Of a stretch of 64,000 bases of DNA, positions 1 through 12,725 are shown piece after piece (the first letter of the stretch is position 1; each line of letters opens with the position of its first letter). The notes under the pieces were generated by a model. The model made no database searches. It saw only the letters and a list, made by a program, of their open reading frames with translations, and was not told the DNA's origin. The translations under genes and the position numbers were made by a program. Source of the DNA: Stylophora pistillata (Eukaryota); the NCBI RefSeq assembly GCF_002571385.2, contig NW_019217797.1:923856-987855 (forward strand), written 5' to 3'.

Positions 1-87
1 GGGGCTGCGTCGGTGGGGGTAACGAAATAATTTCAATATATAAACAAAGTTGAAATGGTAAATTGGCCACCGTTAAGATTTATAAAA

Positions 88-122
88 GCTGACGTTTCGA
101 GCGTTAGCCCTTCGTCGGAGCG
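88..122 (-). ncRNA. Degenerate minimal type I hammerhead ribozyme in a Penelope-type repeat end
   Basis: Minus strand reads gct-CCGACGA-a-GGGC taac GCTC-GAAA-CG-TC-agc. Stem I (gct/agc), stem II and the palindromic ACGT stem III are present, but the core CUGA is mutated to CCGA. Confidence 0.6.
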
Positions 123-1133
123 AATAGAGGAATTGTGGGTTGTGTGTGCTTTTAAAGGCAGAAAATGGAGCTACGTGAAGCAAGTCGAATTAGAGGATTT
201 TTTTGTTAAAAAGTAACAAACATGAAAGACAAAACAACCAGTTTATAGGACTTTTGTTTAGATTGTCAGAGCGTCTGTGCAGACAGGGAAGACGAAAAAC
301 GCGATCGAATTTTAAACTTACAGTTTTTTCAAAGGAAACACGACTAATTAAAATAGATGGACAATGTAGATGACCCTCCTGCTTTTACGTCAGTGATTCA
401 AAGAAAACGAACTGAGAAACTGCAAACTGCGAAGGTTTAGGGGATAGGGAAAAATATTATTTTTATCCAGAGTTGTTACGCTAAAGAAGAGGGATACAGA
501 AAAATTGAATTAAAGAAAAACATGTCAATAGATTTTCAAGGAGCAAATTAGAAACTCCAAACTATCATGACATAAAATAAGGACGGTGAATTGCACACCC
601 ATGTTCGGCTGGAGCCTTTTTAATGTTGTGACTGCATAAAAATGTCTGAGAGGTCCCACGGAAAGCGGAACCCTGTCTCAGTGAACTAATCACAATTTCA
701 AATCTCAAGCGACGCACTGCAAATGAACGGTTCATTTCACCATGATTATTACATTATCACTGTTGCACGTTATTAACAATAATTTTTAGATCGGCAGCCT
801 AGAGGAATAACACTATTTTGCCCCGAACATCTGAGGTCCATTTATCTCATGAATAAGCCAACGCCTTTGTGATACACTCTTACAATATATCGATGAGTAC
901 GAAAAGTTACCAAGTAAGCTATGCCGTGCTTTTGACTGGATTCGTTTTGATACGTTAATAAATTAAAATAAGCACTGATTTAGCAAAAATATAGTTCCTT
1001 TACATACAAATACCGATGACGAAAATATAATAATACATTTAAGCACATTAGTCTAACTTGTTACTGCCTTTTCCATATTCAATTCCAAAATTCGTTATTG
1101 TTTTGAATGAAAATTTGGGTGTCTGACAAACGT

Positions 1134-4100
1134 CTAGGCATCTCTATAAGTGACGGACGAGTCGGCAGGAACAAGACCAACTGCAGAAAAGGAAAGTAAA
1201 AAGAAGTCACAAGGAGGGAAATGTTACCAAGTATCTTCACAATTATATCTCTCACGAGTAGAAGAACCAATCTGCGTATCCAGTCGTGACACAAAAGGAG
1301 AACTTTCTTCACAAAGCAGTGAGTGTTGAACAAGAGATTATTAACTGTTTATAATCTCTTGGTGTTGCATTATGTTCTTGAAGTGTTATATGTACGTTTT
1401 GCTTCCTTTTTGCTTCATCTTCATCTCCATGGATGTTAGTTTTTAAATTTTAACAAATGAAATAAAGGTGGTTCCCAAACGATATCTGAAACTGCGAGTT
1501 TTCATTTTCCATCTGAATGCGAAGGAGGCAAGTTTATCGAAGGTCAAATTCCCCTCCCCCCTCACCCCTCTTATCCTAATCAAAACCGTCACTTTTTTGA
1601 CAAATTATCGCGTTTCTCTTTTAGGAGAAGAGAGAAGGGCCTCGGTTTAACTTACGTTTTTGTTTTCGGACAGAATCCAAGTGTTCTTTTCCGAGAGGGG
1701 CTCCCGCTCCAGGCCTACCCCACATCTTGTCCATGGTCTTCAAATGCTGAGAAAGTCAAAAGAGATGGCGACTCAACCACTAAATAACGCAACAGTCGGG
1801 TATAAATATAATCATTCTGTCGAAAGAAACTCTCAAATATCATGACAGCGAATATACTACAGCAATGAATTTGGAAAGGCTAACGTTTACGGGGTCAGAC
1901 TGGTACGGTTTAGGGATCAACACAAATCTAACCTATACTTAGTACATGGCGTGACAGTCGCGTACCTCTACAGACTTGATTCTCTGTTGTTCTTCACTCT
2001 GTTTGCGATTCTTATATCTTTCCTGCGCTTGAGCTTCCAAGTCGGTGTGATATTCACGGCTTTTTTCATTTTTCTGTCTTCTTATATTCAAAACCTAGTT
2101 GTAAGCATAAATACATTTAAACTGAAGTCAGTATTGTAAACATTTTCACTAAGACCTCATGGTATATATTTCAGAGCATTCGGGCTCTTCGTAGCAATCA
2201 TTCATGCTGTCACAAATCCCCTCTTATTGTGTAACATACGGTAAATCCTCTATTAAGCCCCCCTCTAATAAACCAGCCCCCCTCTTAAAAGCCACCCCCC
2301 TCTTATAAGCCCCCCTCTTTAGAGCAAGAAATCTATCAAGCCCCCCTCTTTAGAGCAAGAAATCTATCAAGCCCCCCTCTATTAAGCCCCCCTCTATTAT
2401 GCCCCCCTCTAATAAGACCCCCCCTCTTAAAAGCCACCCCCCTCTTATAAGCCCCCCCCTCTTTAGAGCAAGAAATCTATCAAGCCCCCCTCTATTAAGC
2501 CCCTCTATTAAGCCCCTCCTCTAATAAGCCACCCCCCCTCTTAAAAGCCACCCCCCTCTTATAAGCCCCCCCCTCTTTAGAGCAAGAAATCTATCAAGCC
2601 CCCCTCTATTAAGCCCCCTCCACCCCCCTCAAAAAACAACAATTCAAAATAACACTCCATGTTAACAATTACGGTAAATTTATTCAAGTACTGTAATTTT
2701 AGTTTGTCATTTAAAATTTATTATGGTGATTGATTGATCGATGTTTCTCATGTTGGCATCAATAAAATACAATATAAGCACATTACAGAGCGATGCTAAA
2801 AATGCAACATGGCTAAAAAAGGTCCATTGAGAGAGTTAAATCATCGAGTTCTTTATTGTGAGCTGCTTGACTTCCCGCTACATATGCTTTAGTTTTTCCC
2901 CTTTTCGCTCTGGTTATCTGCGGAGAATCGCTAAGGTCTTCTTGTTATTCGCAACTGCAGTGTACCGCCAGAGAACAATTCTTGAATAAATACGGTACAA
3001 CATATCCTATTGTATCCTTGTATTGAACATCGGGCTAAATTAATAGGCCCCTCATCTAATACGCCACCCCCTCCCCCTCAAAGTATCTGAAATGAATTAG
3101 CTCCCGGGGGACTTATTAGAGGATTTACGGTAACCCAAAATTCTGGTGGTGTGACAAGTCACCTGACTTTGAGGACCTTTTTTCTAACAAATATGACGTT
3201 GAGAGGAGAGATATCACTTCTTGAGAAAACATTTTACGAGCAGGCATACGTGTGTACCTGTGATGTGACGTCCGAAGTCTGTTTCTTTTGAGCAATTATC
3301 TCCTTGGTAGTAGGGTTATAACTGGGCTGACCAACCACACCCGACCGCAACCAGGAAGCGACGTCCTTTTCGCTCTGAAAACAAAAACATGATCCCCGAT
3401 GAGACAAACCCATCAGTAGCAAAGACCATCGTTATCTCGAAATCATTCTAACAGATTTACAAAAGATTAGTTCGATGATCAAACTGACTACAGGTCCCTA
3501 TGCTATTCATTCTAGAAAGGTTTCATCTTACTACGCATGTCCCCCCCCCCTCACTTTTGGGCTTCTGTTACCAAAGATTAACCAATGACAGGACTGAATT
3601 TTGCCCTACACCATTTATTTACTCCTACATTTCTGTTCTTACCAAATAAGAAATACGGAAAAAGAAAATAAAGTGAAGAATAGAAATGTATCTGTCGTAC
3701 GAATGATTTTTGATAAACCACGTATAGCTTTATAAAACTAAAAACTTCCCTTAATAAAACTTACAGTTAACAAGTCTTCATGTTCAGCCTTGCGCCTGTT
3801 TCTACTCTCCTCGGACATTTGCTCTTTTAATTAAAGAAAGTAAAGTGATTTTTTGTCGCTGCATTCATTTTAATAGGCTTTTTGGACACAGCTCCTAACT
3901 TATCAGTCATTACAAAATGATACTTTATTTCGTGTGATAGAAAAGTGATAGAAAGTGGTAAAACTTAAGTAATGGCGACGAACAGTTCGAGCAAAGAAGA
4001 GTATCACAGAGCCAGTGAGAAATCAAAGTGAAAGCGAATCAACTGAACGAGGCTCGGGAAAAACTCCAATAGCCAGGTAACAATTTGTTTCCTTTTGAAT

Positions 4101-7100
4101 CTGATTATTGGGGAAGGTAAAAAAAGTTTGACGACCCACAAGAAACCAAAGAACAAATCCGAATAACTAGTAATAATAAGTTTCGGTACTCGAATAAAAA
4201 TTTCTCTAATTAGTTGCCATAATTCCTGAATAACAGACACTCGGTGCAAACTTACGTAAAGTAGTAAGAAGTTTCTGCTTGGCTTGCGGGTCTTTCTTGC
4301 CAGTTGGAGAGATCGACTGAGTTGGGAAAACACGGATGTAACATCGGCGTTATTACACCCAACGCATTTGATATAACAAGACGTTGTAGATTAAACAATT
4401 AAAAAAAAAAAAAAGAAACAAGGTCAATCTCCAAGGCCAAAAAGGGACTGAAAATGGCTTATAATAGACATTTTTGGACGTGAAAAACAAGAGAAAACAA
4501 TGGAACAGAGAGGAAGGTTTCTGGTGCAGGTCTTACGATATGTCAATTTCACTCAAGTTATTTACAGATACTCTTTCGAACAAAAGTATGTTTTCTGAGA
4601 AGTCCACATTGAAGTTGACATCTATGTGATCCTTTTCCACCCAGAACCAAAAATAGTAAAAATATTGACATACCCCGGCCAACGCCCAGATAGTCCCTCT
4701 CTGTTTCCTTTATTTTCATAAGTGTAACTCAATCCACAAATTCCATCAGAGAAAGAAGAAAATTAACAAACAAATAATAATAACAATTATAATATTAATA
4801 ATAATAAAAACATGCTCTAAATTGCTGTCGTTGCACACCGTCACGTCGAACATACATACATTTGAGTCATGAGTCACTCGGCCTGCGGTTCGAGTTTGAA
4901 TTTGTCCATCCGAGTCCTTAATTGGAGCTCCCGCACCAGATCTCCCCCAAGGGTCATAAACGTTCCGTTGGTTCAGGGGGCTGAAATCACGTTGCATTGT
5001 TTCTGCAATACGATAAAAGATAAATCAATGGACATCATATGACTGTCAGTATCTGCAGCTAATCTATAAATAAAATAAACAAAAATAAATCAACCTCGTT
5101 TCCAGGATCTCCCTTATTCCTCGCCTTTTCTCGCTTTCTTGCTCCGCAAGGGGAGCAGGGAGAAAAGGAACACTTGAAAAACGACGAGTTTGGTATTTCA
5201 CAATTCTATTTTTATCATTTTTACTATCCAATCAAGAATATGAATAAAACATTTGATCTAACAAGGCTTAACTAATGAAATGAAGTAAGGAATACTTACC
5301 ACCATTAGAAGTCTTAGTCAGTGTTTGCGCTTTCCTTGTTTTCATTTTTCCTCCCTTGTCGACATTAGGGGCCCCACCTCCCGGTCGATGAGCTTCAATA
5401 CCAATAGCAAGCTGTTTAGATTAAAACACAGATTAACTTAAGCTTGGCTAAATCCACAAAATACATGCATGTTTAAATGAAAAAAACAATCATCTTATGG
5501 TTGCCCATGATTCACTGTACTTTGGTTTGAATTTAAGTATCACTTGTAAAACCAGAACAATAATGCGACTTTCTCTTTCTTTGAGCGAATCACCTTTCGA
5601 CGAATCGACTTCCGCGCGAAAGGACTAGGAAGCTCTTTCACTTGAAAGAAGATGTATTAAAAATTCGACAAGCGTTTGGCTGCTGTAGATGTTCTTCATG
5701 TGATATGATGAAACTGAAAACAACCTCTGACATAAAAAAAAAAAAGAAAAAAAAAAATAGGATTCCAGCGTAAGACGACGTCACTGGAGGATATGATCAC
5801 GCCCCGGTATGTACGAAGAGGACTTTAACTAAGGAAGCTGACTGTCTACCGTCTTCACTTGATTCCAAGGTTGAGGAGAGAAAATATGTTTCCGACGTCC
5901 TTAAGGCAAATGGCTGTACCAAAACATTTCTCCGCAACTGCCAGAAACCAGTTACAACTAGTAATACTCTTGATGAGAAGGAACCAGCAACTGGTTTTGT
6001 TGTTATTCCTTACATCCAGGGTGTTACGGAGCCCATCAAGAGAATTTTGAGTAGCCAAAACGTTAAAGTTGCTCAACATCTTTTCCGACTTTGGGGCGCA
6101 TTTTTGCCAAACCTAAGGATCATGCTACCACAAACAACGAACCGACGTTATTTATTCTATTCCGTGCAATGACTGCAATCACGAGTATATCGGACAGACG
6201 AAACGTTAGTTTGGTACACGTTTGAAAGGGCATCAGAAAGCAGTCTTCTTTGGAAAAAAAAGGAAAATTCAGCTTTGTCAGAGCACACATACCTAACTAA
6301 CCACACAATTGGGTGGGATAATTCTAAAATTATCACCACTAATCGCCGCTACCACTAGCGCCTTTGTTTGAAAGCTTAGCATATCAACTCCGCCCACGCC
6401 CCTTTAAATCGTGCTGTTGGGGGCTGACTATCTGACGTCTATTTACACCTCGTCAGAAAAAAGGGCAGCTGATTATTAAGCATACAAAAGGGCCTCTTGT
6501 TGCAACGATCAGATCACCCCTGATGAAGGCACTAGACAGGAGTGTCGAAACGTTGGGTCGATGAATTGTAATTTCCCCGGTTACATTCATTAAATCTTCA
6601 AACCAGAGTAGCCTCAAACCATGTAGGAGGTTCACTGCTATCAATACCCACCAAGTCATTCTCATCCTTCTCGCGCACAGGTTTAATCATTCGTCCTTGT
6701 CTATCGAATGCCGGAGGGTTTCCATGACCCCTTCCCCAAGGATCATACTATAATCGAAATAAATGGGATAAAAAATCAATATTTAATATTAATAATATTA
6801 ATATTTATATTAATTTATATTTATTAATAATATTAATATTTATTATTTAATATTATCACCCCTGAGAAAATGGGGAGGACCAGTGCACCAGTAGCGGTGG
6901 GGGTTGCTAATGCCTGGAGCGTCGGGAGGTTTGCTGCCTGGATTGCTCACATCACAATATTTGGGGCCTGGGCCCTTTAACCAAAAATAAAGTGACTGGC
7001 CCTTAGAGAGAAGTAAAATGTGGGCCCTAGCCGTGAAGACTTCAAAAGACAATTAATATCGTAGATTGTGATAAAGGTGAACTGTGAAGCAACGTCTTTC

Positions 7101-10100
7101 ATCGTCTTTACATCGTGAGCTTAGCTTACTGATCCCTGCTAACACATGTGCAGTAAAGGGCAAAACAATTCCAACTACATGTCACCTGAACAGAAACTGC
7201 TTTTTTTCTCACCTGAGGATTTTCATCATCTGAAAATTAAACCATAAAAATATACATTTATTTCTCTCCTTCCAAATAACCATGAGTCTTTGTTTGACAT
7301 TGAGATCATAAAAAAAAAACCAAAGAAGTCACAATACAATAGCCAATCACAAACAAGCCCATGAGAACTCAGAGGGAAAAAAAACCTAATTTTTGGTTTA
7401 ACGTTTTGAATCTGATTGGTTGAGGAATTTTTGCAAATTTTCTGAACCAGTCACAAAGCAAAGTAAAGCAAATCCATGGCAATTCATGCTCTAGAGGGAC
7501 TGACTGTTTACAAACATAAGCATTAAGAAAACACACAAACCTTTCTCATTTAAGTCAAGGGTTAATGGATTCCTACGTTGCCCTTTTCGAAGTTCTTCAA
7601 TATCCTTTGACAGTGTGGTGGGATATGAAGCCTTAACAGTTCCTAACAGGAAATACAACAAATTTTATCTATCATAGAGGAAACAAAAAAATAACACCAC
7701 AATTTGTATCACCATTTCTTTCACTTTGGTGTAATTTCTTTACACATGCAGTTGACCAAAACATCTATAATAGAAATCTAATTCTGTTGTTGTAATTTGT
7801 AACATGTACATTGCAACCATAACAATTGATTGGCAGAAAAACAAAATGGAAGGGAAAGGAGGTTCTATGTTGCTCTTTCCAGTCCCTCTCATTCATCCCA
7901 CTTTCTGTCTCTTTTTATATAGCTCCATGTTGCTTTAGTTATAACCTTGGACTGAAGAGGACTGAAAAATCAACGATGTGCATGATTTGTCATGTTTACC
8001 TGAGCCTGTTTTGCGTGGAGCACCAGCTCCTTCTCTTCCAAATGGATCTGTCTTCAACTACAAACAAAATCAGAAGTTAATTGTGTTAAAATATTTTTGC
8101 ATTTCTGTTATTGGTCATTCTAAAGAAACTCAGTCCCAAAAGGGTCAACCAATGAATGCTGTTTCTTTTTTAATCAAGTTCTTTCTGACTACATGGCAAA
8201 CTTTACTTAGTGTACCTAAGGGTGGATTTCAAGTTACATTAAAACATTAACTTGAAGAATTTTATGCATTTATCAGATTGTTTATAGTAATTACATATAT
8301 AGTTAAGTTCACTGAATAGTTAAGTGATATGCTGGAAAATATATGGATTTATAGAGAGAAGTTTCATGTTAACCGCTAGTGAGAGTTCAAGAGTTAACAT
8401 ACATGCTGAAGTTCGTCCTCTTTGCTTTTTTCCCGTTGAAGAATCTTCATATTTCTTGAACCTTCAATCATTGAGTCTGAGAAAAAAAACAATAAGATGT
8501 TATAAAGTAAAGATCACTGCACAGGACACTTTTAGACTATGAAAATAAATCTTAAAAGTTGTTAATCAATACAAATAAAAAGATGGTTAAACAAACAAAG
8601 AAAGTCAACACACCAAGATCTTGCTTGTAATGCTGGTCTCTTCCTCTATATCTCTGAAACATAACATGACAGGTGCTTTTGACATATGTACATTATTACC
8701 CATGTAAATAAAGTTTTGGTCTGCTTTCTTCTTCAACATTTATTAGTTATCAGTAATTATTACTATATAATATCCATCATAAACTGCTTAAAGCAGTCTA
8801 ATACTAAAAATATTGATAAAAAAATAACAATATAGACTGTGCATTCACCACTTGAAATTGATAACATACAAATGAAATGTCATTCTCACCAGGTTTGGAT
8901 CAACATTAGTTTTGGATGCATGCCTTGGAAATCTCAGTTCAGGATCAGCACGGAATCCTGCTGCAACACGCCCTGATTCTGTTCTGTTTGGATCCCCTCC
9001 CCCACCCTGCCGGCCTCCAAATGGCTGATAAGGCTGAAAAACAAAAAAATTTGCTGTCACTTATGAAACAATTAACTTGAATTTGGCCTTTTCCTTTCCC
9101 TCTTTTTGTTCTTCTATGACAAAGTTACTGCAATTAGGTATATAAGCCTGGCTAACCTTGAGGGTTAACTTAGGCATAAAAAATTACATACACCTAACAA
9201 AAGAGTTTAAATTTCAATTTTATTAAAAAACGTGCATTTGATTTTCTTCTGTTTCAGAACTGATAAAAAAGAACTATCACTGCCATCTCTACATGAAAAC
9301 ACATTTTACTCTTAAGCCTTTGGGGATAACTAGAGACTTAAATTAACTTACAATAGTAGATTTTAAATTTTTCTGTATGTTTTCAACAGCCCTAATGTAA
9401 ATATATATCTCAAGTAAACAAAGTAAATCACATGTTCTTCATTACTCATATTTGCAAAAAGTAATTTGTAATTTAGTCTTAAGATTAATCCAGGAATGCA
9501 TCTTTGGTTTCTTTTGCTACTTGTTATTCCTCAAATGAATTTATACCACTTTTATTTTCAACCAATCAGATAAAAAACTAAAACCAATCTCAACTGGACC
9601 ACTGGCATTTCCCCATCCTGTGCCTTAGACATTTTTCTTGTTTTTGATCTGAGTTCCCATTAGCTCCTCGAGATATTTTGGCTTTAAAAATGAGTGTACT
9701 TTGGTTGTAATATTACAACACTGAAGCAAAAAGTTCTCTAACACCTGCATGTTTCAAAAGAAACATATTGAGTAACTATGTAAAGATGAAATAAACAATT
9801 TTAAAAAATCGAGTTTCCAGATGGGATTTGAACCCACGACCCTCCGTGATCAAGTCGAATGCTCTAACCACTGAGCTACAGGAGACTCTATGGTGAGCAA
9901 GGGTCAATTAGTGGGTATTGACTGGAACCGCATCACGCGGCTACACAGCCAAACATCAGCTAGCGCATAGAAGCTCACTAACAGCATCACGCTGTCACAT
10001 TAAAGCATCACATGCATTAAAGCATCACATGCAGCCAACCAGCCTCCAAAGTGAGCATGTAAAGATGAAATAAACAATTTTTAAAAATCGAGTTTCCAGA

Positions 10101-12725
10101 TGGGATTTGAACCCACGACCCTCCGTGATCTAGTCGGATGCTCTAACCACTGAGCTACAGGAGACTCTATGGTGAGCAAGGGTCAATTAGTGGGTATTGA
10201 CTGGAACCGCATCACGCGGCTACACAGCCAAACATCAGCTAGCGCATAGAAGCTCACTAACAGCATCACGCTGTCACATTAAAGCATCACATGCATTAAA
10301 GCATCACATGCTTTAATGTGACAGCGTGATGCTGTTAGTGAGCTTCTATGTGCTAGCTGATGTTTGGCTGTGTAGCCGCGTGATGCGGTTCCAGTCAATA
10401 CCCACTAATTGACCCTTGCTCACCATAGAGTCTCCTGTAGCTCAGTGGTTAGAGCATCCGACTATATCACGTATTGAGTAACTAATTGCTAAAAACTTGA
10501 GAAGTAAAGAATTACCTCCTGAACAAGTTTTTTGATGTTTTTTGTTCTTTTTGTCTCAGGCTTTTCATCAGTGCCAGACTGCAAAAATATTAAACTGATT
10601 TAAAATACACAATCCATACCATATAATCAACAATAATAATTATAATCATGATAAAAAACAGTAATTATTATAAATTATAATATTATTATAATAATTAATA
10701 CCAGGCATATAATTAAGAATTTCTATGAAACAGTTACTGAGTGGCTCTCAGCTAGTAAAGACCAAATTATAATTAACTACCCACCATATTGATTACAGTA
10801 TATATAGAATGAAATGTGAAATGATCAATAAGTAAATGAATAAATTGATGAACAAGAATCTGTGTTTTTTACATTTAACATGTTAAATAAACATGAAGTT
10901 AACCTTTCCTTGGGTACAAAGCTACACATTAAGTTCACCAAACATAATATGCAAAAGAATGCAATGAAACACAACATTAAAATATAGAGGGCAAACTTGA
11001 GTTGGAAATGACTAACAAGACAAAGATAAGATGCTTAGGATGACGGCCTTGATAATAAATCACCATATTCAGGGGGGTGTACCATGATTTAATTTGAATG
11101 TAAATAGAAGTGCTATTTGTTAATTATTACATGGAAAAACTGATTCTCTCCTTTCTAAAACAATTTATTTACCCCATGAAGTGATCTGGTGGCTATTACC
11201 TCAGGCAACTGAAAGAAACCAACAACATGGAAGTTTTGTCAAAATATGACATTCTGATAATAAAGTTGTTGCCAACATGCAACACTTGGCCAGCATGTTG
11301 GGACAAACTTAAAATTGAGAGCATCTTTTAGATGTCAGCCAGATCCCCAAATTTTTACCACTGACATCTATTGACTGAAATATAATTTCTCGAAAAAGAT
11401 CATAGGCCAATGCAAAAGTGCTTTTTGTGATCATGCAGTAACCTCTGTTTAGAGTAAGTGATAGAAAAATAATAAATGAAATCACTGGATAATGTACTGA
11501 AAAAGGATTGAAGCATGTAGGTGCATTTATATTGGACAAATAGGTCAATAAAAACATGACAACACCTATAATTCAACAGTCATAACTGAAACTTTTACAG
11601 TCCCATAATATTTCCAACAAAAAATTACTTACTAATGATGTTCTAAAGAATCACAAAATAATAAAATACATAATACATGAACTTACAATGGGTGCACCTC
11701 CCCCTGGTCGTCCCCATGGGTCATAGTTTCTTAGATCTTGTAAATCCTGCAAGTTGTACAGAGAAGTAAATAAACAATGAAAACAGTAATGAGCAATATA
11801 GTATCATGATAGTTACATCATTAAAAACAAATTAAATGATAAACTTATTAAAATAACTATACCTTTCTCTTCTCTTCCAGTTCTGCTTGTCGTCTTCTTG
11901 TCTTCTCCTCAAAATGTCTTGCTAAAAATTCGTCTATTTGAAAACAATAATTAACTCAATGAAGAGTGATTCAACTCACACCTCTTCTTATTAATCATCA
12001 GTAAATTTTTCTTCAGCAACAGTACTGTCTACAGATTAAGAATAAAGTTATTACCTTGAGTTGTCGCTAAGTTTTTGTTCTTGAAAGTTTCTTTTTCACT
12101 GAAAAGCAGATAAAGTAAAATTTAGCAGAGAAAATAATTTAATTAAAAAAATATTTGAAAAAGAGATAGCACTTACGTTCTCTCTTCCAACCACAAAATG
12201 TTATTTGGTCGAGGTCCAGGAGATGGTTTTCCAACCTTTGTTGCTGCTTCTGTTCCATAAAGGAACCCAGATGGGTTATTACCATCTCTTAACTTTGCCT
12301 GGCGAAGGACTTCATCTGTACCATAAATCAACTTATTACTTGCTGATCCACCTGGCACCTGAGAAATTACAAAATAAACAAAAATATTTTTTATGGGTGA
12401 ACATATAAATAACAATAGTATGTTTTTATGTCTCTTTCTGGTGTGATTATAATCAAAAATTCTTGTCTGATATCAAGCATTATCAAATGAATGTAACATT
12501 TCAAATCATCTCTGAATGTACAAATCTACAATAAGCTACACTGTTTGAGAAAAAAAAGAATATAAACTGCTGGTATACCTTTCCTCTGATGAAATGTTGT
12601 CTCTTGGTATATCTGTCACTGGACATCTTTGTATCAAAAGAGGAGGTAAGTCCTAACTCATAGCCTTGGTTGTGGGCATTTCGTAGATGATAACTCTTGC
12701 TTGACGGTCTGTATGTATCCTGCAT
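1134..12725 (-). CDS. ~614-aa protein with seven CSPP1-like [YF]DP[WF]GRxGxGAP motifs; putative ciliary/microtubule protein (21 coding exons)
   Basis: Phase-consistent GT-AG exons: 12579-12751 (ATG at 12725), 12177-12358, 12055-12098, 11863-11921, 11687-11746, 10516-10578, 8890-9033, 8614-8653, 8403-8476, 8000-8057, 7541-7642, 7213-7229, 6652-6747, 5300-5411, 4860-5002, 4256-4316, 3765-3823, 3258-3374, 1966-2094, 1656-1746, 1134-1180 (TAG). Total 1845 nt. The 5' end is uncertain; a probable non-coding first exon has its donor at 14781. Confidence 0.75.
2239..3130. mobile_element. MITE (Tc1/mariner-pogo-like) with internal C-rich tandem subrepeats
   Basis: TIRs cggtaaatcctctattaagcccc ... ggggacttattagaggatttacgg flanked by TA. 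Tandem (taagccccccctct)-type units at 2253-2630. Confidence 0.75.
5800..6640 (+). mobile_element. Penelope-like retroelement 3' fragment (GIY-YIG endonuclease, decayed)
   Basis: Disrupted frame YSIPCNDCNHEYIGQTKR*FGTRLKGHQKAV...SALSEHTYLTNHTIGWDNSKII, followed by a hammerhead motif. Lies in an intron of the CSPP1-like gene. Confidence 0.85.
6513..6562 (+). ncRNA. Minimal type I hammerhead ribozyme at the Penelope 3' end
   Basis: ccc-CTGATGA(6520-6526)-a-GGCACT agacagg AGTGTC-GAAA(6547-6550)-CG-TT-ggg. Core intact, palindromic ACGT stem III. Confidence 0.7.
9779..10471. mobile_element. tRNA-derived non-autonomous retroelement: tandem ~278-bp unit, partial copy and inverted copy
   Basis: Unit 9779-10056 is repeated at 10057-10310 and inverted at 10311-10471. 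It contains tRNA-like A/B boxes (tagctcagtggttagagc...gggttcaaatccc). 13-bp TSD tattgagtaacta at 9766-9778 and 10472-10484. Confidence 0.8.

Noticed and set aside
2253-2630. CRISPR-like array
   Set aside because: No unique spacers; these are subterminal tandem repeats of a eukaryotic MITE.
4674-4730. Extra exon of the CSPP1-like gene
   Set aside because: A donor-like site is present but no in-frame acceptor, and the flanking exons already join in phase.
10090-10165. Functional tRNA gene (apparent AGA anticodon)
   Set aside because: The anticodon and acceptor stems have mismatches, the copies differ in the anticodon loop, and the sequence lies inside a TSD-flanked repeat.
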